A stretch of 64,000 bases of DNA from Acidobacteriota bacterium (GCA_019244185.1 JAFATB010000022.1:64001-128000); one strand, 5' to 3'. Counted from the stretch's first letter, positions 48,038 to 58,329 are shown. Translations and numbers: made by a program. The notes: a model not told the origin generated them from the letters alone.

Positions 48038-48167
48038 ACGACCGGGAGCGCCTCCGGCGGGCCGGCGCGGCCGGCTGCGCTTAGGGCCAAGCCTAGACGC
48101 ACGTGAAGATAGGCTAGGCCCTTAGCGCAGCCGGCCGCGCCGGCCCGCCGGAGGCGCTCCCGGTCGT
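48038..48167. repeat. 130-bp near-perfect palindrome (REPIN/MITE-like)
   Basis: 44-bp perfect arms 48038-48081 and 48124-48167, two further 6-bp stems each after a single mismatch, and a 14-nt loop. Lies between convergent genes. Confidence 0.85.
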
Positions 48168-49963
48168 TCCCACGTCACTGTCGTCACACGTAATGCCAAC
48201 GTGCGTGTGTCATCCGGGAAGCCGTGGTCGGCCGGACGGAGGGCGGTATCGACGTCGATGCGCAGTTCATTCGGGGCGTCGTTACGGGAGGGCAGCAGGA
48301 TGGATGCGCGCATGTGCGGGGAAGTGCAGAGCAGGCGATCCACCGGGACGCCGTTCCAGCGCAGCGTGACGATTGGCGTGTGCGGCAGGAGCTCGCGCGG
48401 CGGGATGTCGAAGGTCAGCGTGAGGATGCCCTCGGGGGGAAGCGGGGGGAGGAGCGCGGTCGATGACGGCTGCATCCAGATCCACGCGCCGGTGGCGTCG
48501 TGCTCGGCGGAGTACCAGCCGTCGCCGAAGCGGATCATGCGCTCGAGTGGGATGAGCGTGGTCTCGAGATAGATCGGCCGCGCGAGCTCGCGGAGGCGCG
48601 CGTCGTCGTCGAAGCGGAAGAGCTGCGCGTCCGGCTGCATGGCGAAGCCGTCGTAGAGGAAGACGTTTCCCGGCGCGTAGGCGGTTGCGGGGATGTTCGC
48701 GTTTTCGAAGACGAGCTTCACGCGGTAGTCGGGGAGGAGATGCGTCGCGTGCTGCTCGAGCGAGTTGTCGACGTAGACGGTGCGGCCGCGCGGCACGTGC
48801 GTGCGCACCCACTGCATGGCCGCGGCGGGAGGGGAAAGCTGCGTGCGTGCGGTGCGGAGCGCGGGCGCGGTCCAGCGCGCGAGCAGGATCGTGAGGACGA
48901 GCGTGGCGGCAACGACGATGGCGTCGTTGCGTGTGAGATCGCCGAGGACGGCGAGGGCGTGCGCGGCGAGAAAAGCGTAGAGGGGAGCGTAGGCGAGGGC
49001 GTAACGCGTCAGCGCGGTGGCGTCGAGCATCAGCCAGCTGAAGACGGCGATGGGGACGAACATCAGTAGAAGCACGAGCACCGCGGCGCGGCGGCGCAGG
49101 AGCGCGTCGAGGAGGGCGAGTGCGCCGAGGATGAGGAGGATGCGGGAGGAGATGCCGCCGCCGAACGGCGTCAGGAAAAAGTGTGGCGCGAGCGTGCGGA
49201 GCGAAGGACGCGCGGGATTGCGATACGAGTCGGTGGCGGTGACGCGCGTCTCGATGTTGCGCGTCGCGACGAGGAAGCCGCGCACGCTCGAGGAGCTCAG
49301 CGCTGCGCCGCCGTAGGCGAGACCGACGACGACGACGAAGGCGGCGACGCCGGCGGCGAGCTGCCGCACGCGCAGGTTGCGCAACGCGAGCAGCGCGGGA
49401 ACGGCGGCGACGAGCACGAGGTGGGGGCGGATGGCGGCGGCGAGGCCGCAGACGAGCATCCCCGCGATGAACGCGCGCGGGTCGCGTGCGCCGCGCAGCA
49501 GCAGCGATGACGCGCAGAGGATCAGCGCGAGCGCGGGGATGTCGCTGAGCGCGGTGCCGCCGTAGTACCAGACCGACGGCAGGAACGCGAGCAGCGTCGC
49601 GGCGGCGAGCGACGGCGCGAAGCGGAAGCGCAGCTCGCGCGCGAGCGTGAACGCGGCGGGGAAGAGCAGGATCGCCGCGAGCGTCACGACCGTCTGCAGC
49701 GCGCGAAACTCCGGCCGCACGACGAGATGCACGAGCTTCGCGGCGGCGATGAACAGCGGATAGCCGGGCGGATGCGGGTGGTGGAGGACGACATCGTAGG
49801 ACCGCACCGCGGTCGCGAAGATCGACTCGTCCCAGTCGAGCGGCGCGCGCGCGCGGGACAGAAAGCGCGTCAGCGTGACGACGAGAAAGACGGCCAGCAG
49901 CGCGAGGCGCTCGCCGCGGCGGAGCGGCGGGGGAGGAACGCGCAGCGCGTCGAGCCAACGCAT
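48122..49963 (-). CDS. GT-C/PMT-like membrane glycosyltransferase with periplasmic C-terminal domain
   Basis: DWDE...HHPHPPGYPLF, ALSDIP, AIRP, about 10 TM helices, C-terminal GWYSAE...W...DTRTLALRV. Start could be at 50008. Confidence 0.68.
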   Translation of the reverse strand: MRWLDALRVPPPPLRRGERLALLAVFLVVTLTRFLSRARAPLDWDESIFATAVRSYDVVLHHPHPPGYPLFIAAAKLVHLVVRPEFRALQTVVTLAAILLFPAAFTLARELRFRFAPSLAAATLLAFLPSVWYYGGTALSDIPALALILCASSLLLRGARDPRAFIAGMLVCGLAAAIRPHLVLVAAVPALLALRNLRVRQLAAGVAAFVVVVGLAYGGAALSSSSVRGFLVATRNIETRVTATDSYRNPARPSLRTLAPHFFLTPFGGGISSRILLILGALALLDALLRRRAAVLVLLLMFVPIAVFSWLMLDATALTRYALAYAPLYAFLAAHALAVLGDLTRNDAIVVAATLVLTILLARWTAPALRTARTQLSPPAAAMQWVRTHVPRGRTVYVDNSLEQHATHLLPDYRVKLVFENANIPATAYAPGNVFLYDGFAMQPDAQLFRFDDDARLRELARPIYLETTLIPLERMIRFGDGWYSAEHDATGAWIWMQPSSTALLPPLPPEGILTLTFDIPPRELLPHTPIVTLRWNGVPVDRLLCTSPHMRASILLPSRNDAPNELRIDVDTALRPADHGFPDDTRTLALRVTTVTWERPGAPPAGRRGRLR

Positions 49964-50001
49964 CGAGAGAGCGAGTCTATGACGGCGCGCGAAAAAAGTT
50001 C

Positions 50002-50044
50002 TTGCCATCGCGGCGCTCGCGACTTAGTCTTACATGCGTAAGAC
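50002..50044 (+). promoter_or_regulatory. Promoter with overlapping BlaI/MecI/CopY-type operator
   Basis: TTGCCA (50002-50007), N17, TAGTCT (50025-50030). Palindrome GTCTTAC-ATGC-GTAAGAC (50027-50044) contains TACAtgCGTA, one mismatch from the TACAnnTGTA box. Confidence 0.7.
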
Positions 50045-50051
50045 ATCAGCC

Positions 50052-50453
50052 ATGAAAAAGAATCTGCACGAGCTCACCGATCTGCAGCTGGCCATCATGC
50101 AGGAGGTCTGGAGTCGCGGCACCGCCAGCGTCACCGACGTCCACGAGGCGCTGCTCGACGAGACCGGTCTCGCCAAGAAGACCGTCGGCACGATGATGGC
50201 GCGCCTCGAGAAGCAGGGCTTTCTCGCGCATTACGCCGACGGACGCGAGTTCATCTACGAGCCGACCGTGACGCGTTACGAGGTCGGCCGCGCCAAGATG
50301 CGCAACGTGCTCGACCGGCTCTTCTCCGGCAGCCTGCCGGCGCTGGTCAGCCATGCCCTGGAAGCGAAGGACGTCGCGCCCGGCGACGTCGAGCGCGTCC
50401 GCGCGCTCGTGTCGGAGTGGGAAAAGAAAGACAGGAAGAAGGAACGCCGATGA
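50052..50453 (+). CDS. BlaI/MecI/CopY family transcriptional repressor
   Basis: LTDLQLAIMQEVW, TVGTMMARLEKQG, GREFIYEP, LDRLFSGS. Confidence 0.9.
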   Translation: MKKNLHELTDLQLAIMQEVWSRGTASVTDVHEALLDETGLAKKTVGTMMARLEKQGFLAHYADGREFIYEPTVTRYEVGRAKMRNVLDRLFSGSLPALVSHALEAKDVAPGDVERVRALVSEWEKKDRKKERR

Positions 50454-52315
50454 TCGCCTCGCTCACTGCCTGGAGTGTGACGTACCTCGTCCACAGCACG
50501 CTGTTCGTCGTCGTGGCCGCGCTCGCCGCGCGCTGGATCCGTTCCGCGTCCGCGCGCGACACGCTGTGGAAGCTTGCGCTCGCCGGCGCGCTCGTGACCG
50601 CGACGCTGCAGTCGTCGCTGCCGCCCGAGCGCGTGCTGCCCGCGCGTGCGCCGCGCCGCATCACGATGCCGGTGCCGGCGGCGCTCGCGCCCGTCGCGGA
50701 GCGAGTCTCCGCGGCGCCTTCGCAGCGTGCGCAGTCGCAGCCCGCGCAATCGCAATCCGCAGCGCCGGTCACGCGACCCGTGTCGCCGCAGCCGCAATCC
50801 GCGCGTGCGACTTCCTTCTCCCTCCTCGCCACCTTCTGGATCGCCGGCGCGCTCCTGTTTCTCGGCCGCATCGTTCTCGGACGCGCGCGTTTCCTGCGCG
50901 CGATCGGCGATCGCGTCGAGCTCGTGGCGGGGCCGGAGCGCGAGCTGCTCGATCGTCTCTCCGGCGTCGCGTTGCGCGCGCGTCCGGTGCGGCTCACCGA
51001 GTCGCGCGCGATCCAGTCGCCGATCGCGATGATCGGCTGGGAGATCGTCCTTCCCGCGGGCGTGTTTCCGCGCCTCAGCGACGAGCAGCGCGAGACGATC
51101 CTCGCGCACGAGCTCGCGCACTTGCTGCGCCGCGATCCGCTCTGGCTCACGATCGCGGAAGTGATCAAGGCCCTGCTGTTTTTCCAGCCGCTCAACTGGC
51201 TGGTGCAGGCGAAGATGAAGGAAACCGCGGAGTTTTTGTGCGATGACGCGGCGGTGCTGCAGACGGGCAACGGCAAGGCGCTCGCGGAGACGCTGGCCGA
51301 GCTCGCGGCGCACGTCGTGCCGACGACGCCGGCCGTCGCGGCGATGGCCGAGGGTGGGTCGAATCTCATTGCGCGCGTCACGCGCGTCTTGCGGTCGGCG
51401 CGGCCGGATCGTCCGCTGCGATTGCACGTGCATGCGGCGCTCGCGCTCGGATTGCTCGCGCTGATGGCGCTCTTCGCGCCCGCGTGCGTGCCGGCGCTGA
51501 CGTCCGCGGTGGCGTCGCCGCGCGTGCAGGTGTTGACCTCGATGACGACAGCCGCTGCGACGCCGCGCGTCGTGCTGGAAACGAGCACGCCGCAGATTGC
51601 GCTCGCACAGCCGGTCGCGACCACGCGTCACGCGACGTCCACGCGCACGCTCGACGCGGCACACGCGAACCACTTCTCCGACGCCGAGCTCTCGCACACG
51701 TACGACGGCAGCGAAGGACACGCGCACATCCTCTTCCGCGCGCACGACGCGTGGATCGCGCTCGACGGTTCCGACGTCGAACTCGAGGATTCCGGCGCGT
51801 ACGTGCGCGTGCGCTACGACTCCGAGCGCGGCCCGGGGCGCACGGTCGACATCACGCGCGACCGCCGCGGCGACCTCGTCCGCCATTACACGATCGACGG
51901 CGACGAGCAGCCGTGGTCGCGCGACGCGGAACGTCTGCTCTCCGCCGCGTTCCACACCACCAACATCGACTTCGCCGCGCGCGACGACGGGCGTCCGCCG
52001 CTGAGCACCTGGAACGCGAACGTCGAATACGAGGGGACGCGCGACGGACAGCCGGTCTACATCCGCGTGCAGGCGACGAACGTGAAGTTCGACGACGCCA
52101 CCGGCGCGATCGACACGCGCGACAGCGGCGCGATCTTCGTCGAGGAACGCCTCGGCGGGCGCGATCGCACCTACAGACTGGAAGACGGCCGCGCCGAATG
52201 GCACTGCTCCGAGGGCAACTTCACGCCCGGCGAGCGCGCCGACTGGCTGCGCGTGCTCCTGCGGCACAACACGGATTTGCCCGCGAGCGTGATCGACAAC
52301 CTGGCGCGGCGCTGA
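50450..52315 (+). CDS. M56 family (BlaR1/MecR1-like) membrane metallopeptidase/antirepressor
   Basis: ATGA overlap. LVHST, ILAHELAHLLRRD, FFQPLNW, EFLCDD, and a non-PBP extracytoplasmic C-terminus. Confidence 0.88.
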   Translation: MIASLTAWSVTYLVHSTLFVVVAALAARWIRSASARDTLWKLALAGALVTATLQSSLPPERVLPARAPRRITMPVPAALAPVAERVSAAPSQRAQSQPAQSQSAAPVTRPVSPQPQSARATSFSLLATFWIAGALLFLGRIVLGRARFLRAIGDRVELVAGPERELLDRLSGVALRARPVRLTESRAIQSPIAMIGWEIVLPAGVFPRLSDEQRETILAHELAHLLRRDPLWLTIAEVIKALLFFQPLNWLVQAKMKETAEFLCDDAAVLQTGNGKALAETLAELAAHVVPTTPAVAAMAEGGSNLIARVTRVLRSARPDRPLRLHVHAALALGLLALMALFAPACVPALTSAVASPRVQVLTSMTTAAATPRVVLETSTPQIALAQPVATTRHATSTRTLDAAHANHFSDAELSHTYDGSEGHAHILFRAHDAWIALDGSDVELEDSGAYVRVRYDSERGPGRTVDITRDRRGDLVRHYTIDGDEQPWSRDAERLLSAAFHTTNIDFAARDDGRPPLSTWNANVEYEGTRDGQPVYIRVQATNVKFDDATGAIDTRDSGAIFVEERLGGRDRTYRLEDGRAEWHCSEGNFTPGERADWLRVLLRHNTDLPASVIDNLARR

Positions 52316-52322
52316 GCCGCCG

Positions 52323-52386
52323 GAGCGTGATCGAAGACCCGGCGCGGCGTTCGCCGCCGCGCCGGCGCCTGTCACGCTCATTTTTC
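52323..52386 (+). terminator. Probable intrinsic terminator
   Basis: Inner stem CCGGCGCGGCG/CGCCGCGCCGG (52339-52365) within outer GAGCGTGA/TCACGCTC, followed by ATTTTT. Confidence 0.5.
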
Positions 52387-52426
52387 TGCAGCAAGTCTCA
52401 CGCGTGTAAGAAAGGATTCACTCACG

Positions 52427-55015
52427 ATGCGCTTTGTCGCGCTCCTGCTCCTGCTGTCCTCATCCGTTCTCGCGCAGACGCCGCCGCAGACGTACCGCGC
52501 CGTGCGCGCCGCGAAGCCGCCGGTCATCGACGGCGATCTCTCCGATCCCGCGTGGGCGAACGCGCCGGAGATCACCGGCTTCATCCAGCGCGATCCGGAA
52601 GAGGGGAAGCCGGAGTCGGAGAAGACGGTGGTGAAGGTCGTGTACGACGACGACGCGATCTACTTCGGCGCGTACCTGCACGACTCGCATCCCGTGACCT
52701 CGCTACTCGGGCGCCGCGACACGACCATCGAATCCGACTGGTTCCGCGTCTACCTCGACCCGCACCTCGACCACCGCTCCGGCGCGACGTTCCAGGTCAA
52801 TCCGGCGAACGTGCAGTACGACGCCGCCTTATCGAGTGACTCTCTCTCCGACGTGAACTGGGACGCGGTGTGGTCGTCGGCGACGAAGATCGTGAGCGAC
52901 GGCTGGATCGCGGAGCTCGCCATTCCGTACTCGCAGCTGCGCTTCCCCGACCGCGCGTCGCATACGTGGGGCATCAACCTCGGCCGCGCGATCTCGCGGC
53001 GCGGCGAGCTCTCGCGCGTCGTCTACATCCCGAAGCGCGACGCCGGCTTCGTGTCGCGCTTCGCGCTGCTGACCGGCATCGACGGCATCAAGCCGCGGCG
53101 CGGACTGGAACTGCTGCCGTACACGTCGGCGCGCGTCGACAGCGATGCGCGCGCCATCGGCGATCGCACGGACACGACCGGCAGCGCGGGGCTCGACGTC
53201 AAGTACGCGCTCACGAGCAACCTCACGCTGACCGGCACGATCAATCCCGACTTCGGGCAGGTCGAGGTCGATCCCGCGCGCGTCAATCTCTCGGCCTACG
53301 AGCTGTTCTTCCCGGAGAAGCGGCCGTTCTTCGTCGAAGGGGCGAGCCTCTTCGAGCCCGACATCGTTTCCAATCACGTCTTCAGCTTCAACTTCGATCA
53401 GCCGGTGCTCTTCTACTCGCGGCGCATCGGACGCTCACCGCAGGGCACCGCGTTTCTCGGCGCCCTCGGCGCTCCCGACCAGACCACGATCCTCGGCGCG
53501 GCGAAAGTGACGGGGAAGACCGCCAGCGGCTGGACGCTCGCTCTGCTCGATGCCGTGACCGAGAACGAGAAAGGGAGAGTCGATCCCGGCTCCGGACCGC
53601 GCGAGGAGTCGGTCGAGCCGCTGACGAACTACCTCGCCGCGCGCATGGCGAAGGACTTCGGCACGAAGGCGGGGGCGGGGCTGCGCATCACCAGCGTGAA
53701 CCGCAGTCTCGACGATCGTCTCGATCCGCTGCTGCGCAGCGCCGCGTACAGCGCGTCGGCGGACGGCTACCGCGTCTTCGGTGACAACACGCACGTGCTG
53801 CAATGGTCGGCGAGCGGCACGCGAGTGGAAGGCTCGCCCGCGGCGATCCTGCGTACGCAGCGCTCGTCCGCGCGTTACTACCAGCGCCCCGACGCCGATT
53901 ACCTCACGCTCGACGCCTCCCGCACGGCGCTCGACGGCTTCGGCGGCAGTGCGCTCTTCGCGAAGCACGCGGGGCACTGGCAGTACAACCTGCAGGCCGA
54001 GGCGTACTCGCCCGGCTACGAGGTCAACGACGTCGGCTTCCTGCCGCGCACCGACATCATCACCACGCACGCGGTGCTGCTGTACGTCGATCCCGATCTG
54101 CGCAAGTACACGCGCCGCCGCAATTTCTGGATCGGCAAGTTCCAGCACATGAACTTCGGCGGCGACGTGATCGAGAACGGCCTCTGGTACGACAGCAACA
54201 CGACGCTGACGAATTACTGGCGCGGCTACGCGTGGGGCGGCGTGGAGCTGTCCACGATCGACGACCGCGCCACGCGCGGCGGTCCGGCGATCCGCAAGCC
54301 GCGCCGGCAGTGGTCGGGCTTTCAGATCGGCAGCGACACGCGCAAGCCGCTCTCGTTCGATGCGTGGACGGAGCTCCTGCAATACCAGGGCGGCGGCTCC
54401 GACAACGTCGTCGCGCTCAGCGCCACGTATCGGCCGACACCGCGGCTCTCCGTCAAGGTGACGCCGTCGTATCGCACGTCGCGTCTGCCGCAGCAGTACG
54501 TGATGACGCAGAGCGACGCGACGGCCACCGCGACGTACGGCGCGCGCTACGTCTTCGCGGCCATCGACCAGAAGGTGCTCGATCTCGCCACGCGCGTCGA
54601 CTGGACGTTCACCTCGCGCCTCTCGCTGCAGTTCTACCTGCAGCCGTACATCGCGACGGGCGACTATCACGACTTCAAGGAAGTGGCGCGTCCGCGGTCG
54701 CTCGCGTTCCATCGCTACGACGCGCTGAGCTACGACGCGACGAACGACGAATACACGGTCGATCCCGACGGCCGAGGTCCGGCGCGGGCGTTCTCGTTCG
54801 GCGATCCCGACTTCAACTTCCGCAGCATCCGCGCGAACGGCGTGCTGCGGTGGGAGTTCCGCCCCGGCTCCGCGCTCTACTTCGTCTGGAACGAGAGCCG
54901 CGAGGACGAGCTGCCGATCGGCGACTTCCGCCTCCACCGCGACGTGCGCGAGAGCTTCGAGGCGCCCTCGCGCGACGTCGTGATGGTGAAGTTCAGCTAC
55001 TGGTTCGGTACTTGA
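52427..55015 (+). CDS. CBM9-like + DUF5916 outer-membrane protein
   Basis: PVIDGDLSDPAW, WDAVW, AELAIPYSQLRF, TINPDFGQVEVD, FFPEKRPFFVEG, FYSRRIG, aromatic C-terminus KFSYWFGT. Confidence 0.85.
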   Translation: MRFVALLLLLSSSVLAQTPPQTYRAVRAAKPPVIDGDLSDPAWANAPEITGFIQRDPEEGKPESEKTVVKVVYDDDAIYFGAYLHDSHPVTSLLGRRDTTIESDWFRVYLDPHLDHRSGATFQVNPANVQYDAALSSDSLSDVNWDAVWSSATKIVSDGWIAELAIPYSQLRFPDRASHTWGINLGRAISRRGELSRVVYIPKRDAGFVSRFALLTGIDGIKPRRGLELLPYTSARVDSDARAIGDRTDTTGSAGLDVKYALTSNLTLTGTINPDFGQVEVDPARVNLSAYELFFPEKRPFFVEGASLFEPDIVSNHVFSFNFDQPVLFYSRRIGRSPQGTAFLGALGAPDQTTILGAAKVTGKTASGWTLALLDAVTENEKGRVDPGSGPREESVEPLTNYLAARMAKDFGTKAGAGLRITSVNRSLDDRLDPLLRSAAYSASADGYRVFGDNTHVLQWSASGTRVEGSPAAILRTQRSSARYYQRPDADYLTLDASRTALDGFGGSALFAKHAGHWQYNLQAEAYSPGYEVNDVGFLPRTDIITTHAVLLYVDPDLRKYTRRRNFWIGKFQHMNFGGDVIENGLWYDSNTTLTNYWRGYAWGGVELSTIDDRATRGGPAIRKPRRQWSGFQIGSDTRKPLSFDAWTELLQYQGGGSDNVVALSATYRPTPRLSVKVTPSYRTSRLPQQYVMTQSDATATATYGARYVFAAIDQKVLDLATRVDWTFTSRLSLQFYLQPYIATGDYHDFKEVARPRSLAFHRYDALSYDATNDEYTVDPDGRGPARAFSFGDPDFNFRSIRANGVLRWEFRPGSALYFVWNESREDELPIGDFRLHRDVRESFEAPSRDVVMVKFSYWFGT

Positions 55016-56026
55016 CTACTTGGCGGGATTGGCGGCGAAGAGCTTCGCGAACGCGCCCGTCGCTTCCGCGAGCACGGCGTCGGCCGCGGCGCTGTACGCC
55101 TCGTTCGTCGTCTCCGCCGCGTTGAGCCACTTCTTGCTCTTCGAGTCGGGACCGGTGAGGTTGATGACGCGGCCGCTCTTCTCGTCGACCTTGCGCATCG
55201 TTGCGAACTCGACGTCGGTGTCGAGCGTCTTCGTCATCGCCAGCGCGCCGTCGTCGCCCTTGAAGACGATGCCGCCGTAGCGGGTCTGCTCGGCGCGCAC
55301 GACGCGCGTGTTGAACGTGGGGATGCTCATCGCCAGCGAGGCGCTGACTTCGGCGCTGCGCTGAATGAGGCCGCTGTGATTGCCGCTCGAGCCCATGTGC
55401 GCGAAGTCGACGACGATCTGCGGCGCGATGGTGATCGGCGCCTGCAGGCTCTCGGACATCTGGTTGAACGCGCGCATGTTTTTCTGGCCGAGGCCCGCGT
55501 CGCCCCAGGCGTCGCCGACCTGCCACCAAAGCGGAAGACCGGCCGGCGAGAACGCCTTGCCGCGCAGAGGACCGGTGTTGACGTCCTGCGGAACGGTCGC
55601 GACTTTGAACGCGGTGAACGCGCCGGGCGTGACGACTTCGCGTCCGGCGGCTTTCAGCTGCTCGACGAAGCGCTGGTACGCGCGGTCGGTGATGGCCTGC
55701 AGCGTCGCGTCGTCGACGCCTTTCAGATCGACTTCCATCTTCGAGCGCGCGGAGCCGGTCTCGACGCCGCCGGGGAGATACGTCGCGCGCACCATGGCGT
55801 GCGCCTCGTTGTGCGTCACGTAGACGACGCGGAAGCCGGCGATGGCGACGCGGTTCGTCTTCGCGAACGCGGTGACGGTCTTCGCGCCGAACGTGCCGCC
55901 CATCTTTCCGTCGAACCATTCCGACGGATTGAGGTCGGGGAGCGTGATGGCGGCCGGCTGCTGCGCGAGCGCGGCGGAGGCGAGAGCGAGCAAGGCAAGA
56001 GCGGACAGTCGATGGACGATTCTCAT
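55016..56026 (-). CDS. Secreted hypothetical protein
   Basis: Signal peptide and typical codon bias. No family recognised. Confidence 0.7.
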   Translation of the reverse strand: MRIVHRLSALALLALASAALAQQPAAITLPDLNPSEWFDGKMGGTFGAKTVTAFAKTNRVAIAGFRVVYVTHNEAHAMVRATYLPGGVETGSARSKMEVDLKGVDDATLQAITDRAYQRFVEQLKAAGREVVTPGAFTAFKVATVPQDVNTGPLRGKAFSPAGLPLWWQVGDAWGDAGLGQKNMRAFNQMSESLQAPITIAPQIVVDFAHMGSSGNHSGLIQRSAEVSASLAMSIPTFNTRVVRAEQTRYGGIVFKGDDGALAMTKTLDTDVEFATMRKVDEKSGRVINLTGPDSKSKKWLNAAETTNEAYSAAADAVLAEATGAFAKLFAANPAK

Positions 56027-56059
56027 ACATGAGATCGCGCAAAGCGGCGCGGAACTCCG

Positions 56060-57880
56060 TCAGGGACGGTTGCCGCGCTGTTCCTGCTTGCGCACCGCGC
56101 GTCCGCCCTGGCCGGCCAGGCTGAGCGCGGCGTTCATCAGCGCGACGTGCGTCAGCGCCTGCGGGAAGTTGCCGAGGAACGCGCCGCTCTCGACGTCGAT
56201 CTGTTCGGGGAGGAGGCCGACGTCGTTCGCGCGGCTGCAGAGTTTCTCGAAGATGCGGAGCGCCTCGTCGGTCTCGCCGGCGAGCGTGAGCGCCTCGACG
56301 AGCCAGAAGCTGCACGCGAGGAAGGCGCCTTCGCCGGGCGGCAGGCCGTCGTTCGTGCGGACTTCGTAGCGGTACACGAGATCGTCGTGGCCGAGCGTTT
56401 TGCGGATCGCGGAGATGGTGCCGAGCATGCGCGGATCGCGTGGGTCGAGGAAGCCGACGCGCGCGGCGTAGAGCAGGCTCGCATCGAGCTCGCTGCCGCC
56501 GAGGATGCTCACGAAACTTTGCAGCTGGTCGTTGAAGCCGTGCTCGAGCACCATCCGGCGGATGCCGTCCATCTCGCGCCTCCACAGCGCGACGTCGCCG
56601 TCCATGCAGCCGTGCTCGACGAGTCGGCACGCGGTGTCGAGCGCGGACCACGCCAGTATTTTCGCGTGCACGTGCTGGTGGCGCCCCGAGCGTTTCTCCC
56701 AGATGCCGCTGTCCGGCTCGCGCCACTGATGAACCACGACGTCGAGCAGGCGCCGCAGCAGGTGCTGGACGTTTTCAGGGATGCGCACGCCCTCCGTGAA
56801 CTGGCCGCCGCGCTCGATGTGCTCCTCGACCGCGGCCACGACTTCGCCGTAGACGTCGAGCTGAAACTGATCGTGCACGGCGTTGCCGATGCGCACCGGA
56901 CGCGAGTCGCGGTAGCCGGAGAAGGTGTCGAGGATGCGCTCGTCGACGCGCGTGCCGCCGGTGACGTCGTAGAGCACGTCGACGTCCGGCTCGGTGACGC
57001 GCGCGGCGTCGATCATCCAGTCGACGAACGCCGCGCCTTCGTCCTCGAAGCCGCAGTTGTCGAGCGCGCTCACGGTGAAGGACGCGTCGCGCAGCCAGCA
57101 GAAGCGATAGTCCCAGTTGCGCACGCCGCCGATGTGCTCGGGCAGCGACGTCGTGAGCGCGGCGACGAGCGCGCCGGACGGGCGGTAGGTGAGGAGCTTG
57201 AGCGCGAGCGCGCTGCGCAGCACCATCGCCTGGTGTGGGCCGTCGTACGTCAGCTGCGCGGCCCACGTGCGCCAGAAGTCGATCGTGCGTTCGATCTCCG
57301 CGTCGATCGTGCCTCCGTCGATGCGAACGTCATTCGCGTCCGCGAGCGCGAGCCAGCGCGTCTCGCCCTTCTTCAGCGCGAACGTTGCCGCGGCCTGTTG
57401 CGTCTCGCACGTGAGCTCGACGTTGCCGTGGAGGCACAGACGCAGCGTCGCCGACTCGACGTACACCTCGCCGTCGTCCGCGCGCAGTCGCGGCGCCTCG
57501 GATGCATAACCGGGCCGCGGCGCGAAGAGCACGCGCAGGTTCATGCTGCCGTCGAGGCCTTCGACTTTGCGGATGAGCATCGGCGCGTCGCCGTCGACGC
57601 GCATGAGATCGAGAAGGCGCGCGGAGCCGGTGGATGTGGTGAAGGTCGTCTCGAGGACGTTCGTCGCGTCGAGGTAGCGGCGCGTCGCCGTGAAGTCGCC
57701 GTCGGGCGCGAGGCGGAACGTGCCGCCGCGCGTGGTGTCGAGGAGGCTGGCGAAGATCGACGGGCTGTCGAAGCGCGGCCAGCAGAGCCAGTCGATGCCG
57801 CCTTCGCGGGAGACGAGCGCCGCCGAGCGCATGTCGCCGATCGCGGCGTAGGCTTCGATCGGAAGATAGCGTTCGGTCAC
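56060..57880 (-). CDS. Glycoside hydrolase family 15 (glucoamylase/trehalase-like)
   Basis: IDWLCWPRFDS, TTSLPEHIGGVRNWDYRFCWLRD, QLDVYGE, DSGIWE, EGAFLACSFW, GNFPQALTH. Confidence 0.92.
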   Translation of the reverse strand: MTERYLPIEAYAAIGDMRSAALVSREGGIDWLCWPRFDSPSIFASLLDTTRGGTFRLAPDGDFTATRRYLDATNVLETTFTTSTGSARLLDLMRVDGDAPMLIRKVEGLDGSMNLRVLFAPRPGYASEAPRLRADDGEVYVESATLRLCLHGNVELTCETQQAAATFALKKGETRWLALADANDVRIDGGTIDAEIERTIDFWRTWAAQLTYDGPHQAMVLRSALALKLLTYRPSGALVAALTTSLPEHIGGVRNWDYRFCWLRDASFTVSALDNCGFEDEGAAFVDWMIDAARVTEPDVDVLYDVTGGTRVDERILDTFSGYRDSRPVRIGNAVHDQFQLDVYGEVVAAVEEHIERGGQFTEGVRIPENVQHLLRRLLDVVVHQWREPDSGIWEKRSGRHQHVHAKILAWSALDTACRLVEHGCMDGDVALWRREMDGIRRMVLEHGFNDQLQSFVSILGGSELDASLLYAARVGFLDPRDPRMLGTISAIRKTLGHDDLVYRYEVRTNDGLPPGEGAFLACSFWLVEALTLAGETDEALRIFEKLCSRANDVGLLPEQIDVESGAFLGNFPQALTHVALMNAALSLAGQGGRAVRKQEQRGNRP

Positions 57881-57889
57881 TGCATCCGT

Positions 57890-58273
57890 TCAGATCGACG
57901 GGACGACGCGCGCTTTGCTGATGAGCAGCTTCCAGGAGTCGTCGCGGCGGACGAACATGCCGAGGCAGCGGAAGGAGCCGTTGTAGCTGCTGCGCGAGTA
58001 GCGGGCGCGGAAGGTGAGGTCGGCATGGACGCGCACCGCGTCGTCGAGCACCTGCAGGTCGATCGAGTCCGCGTCGATGGAGTGAAACGCGAGCTCGCCG
58101 CTGGCGAGATCGGCGAGCCACTGCGACTTGCTCACGATGACGCCGGAGGCGTCGAAGCCGGTGAAGTCGTCGTCGAGCAGCCGCGCGACGGTGGCCGCGT
58201 CGCGCTGGATGAGCGCGCGCGAGAGCTCCCGCATCGCCTCGCGGACTTCGGTCTGCGTTTCGTGGGTCAGCAC
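57890..58273 (-). CDS. DUF4440/SnoaL (NTF2-like) protein
   Basis: ALIQRDAATVARLLDDDF...SKSQWL...FVRRDDSWKL. Start GTG 58273 or ATG 58234. Confidence 0.72.
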   Translation of the reverse strand: MLTHETQTEVREAMRELSRALIQRDAATVARLLDDDFTGFDASGVIVSKSQWLADLASGELAFHSIDADSIDLQVLDDAVRVHADLTFRARYSRSSYNGSFRCLGMFVRRDDSWKLLISKARVVPSI

Positions 58274-58329
58274 GGGGAGAGCGTCATTCAAGGCTGATGC
58301 CGCTACGAGTGACGCTCTCCCGTCGAGGC

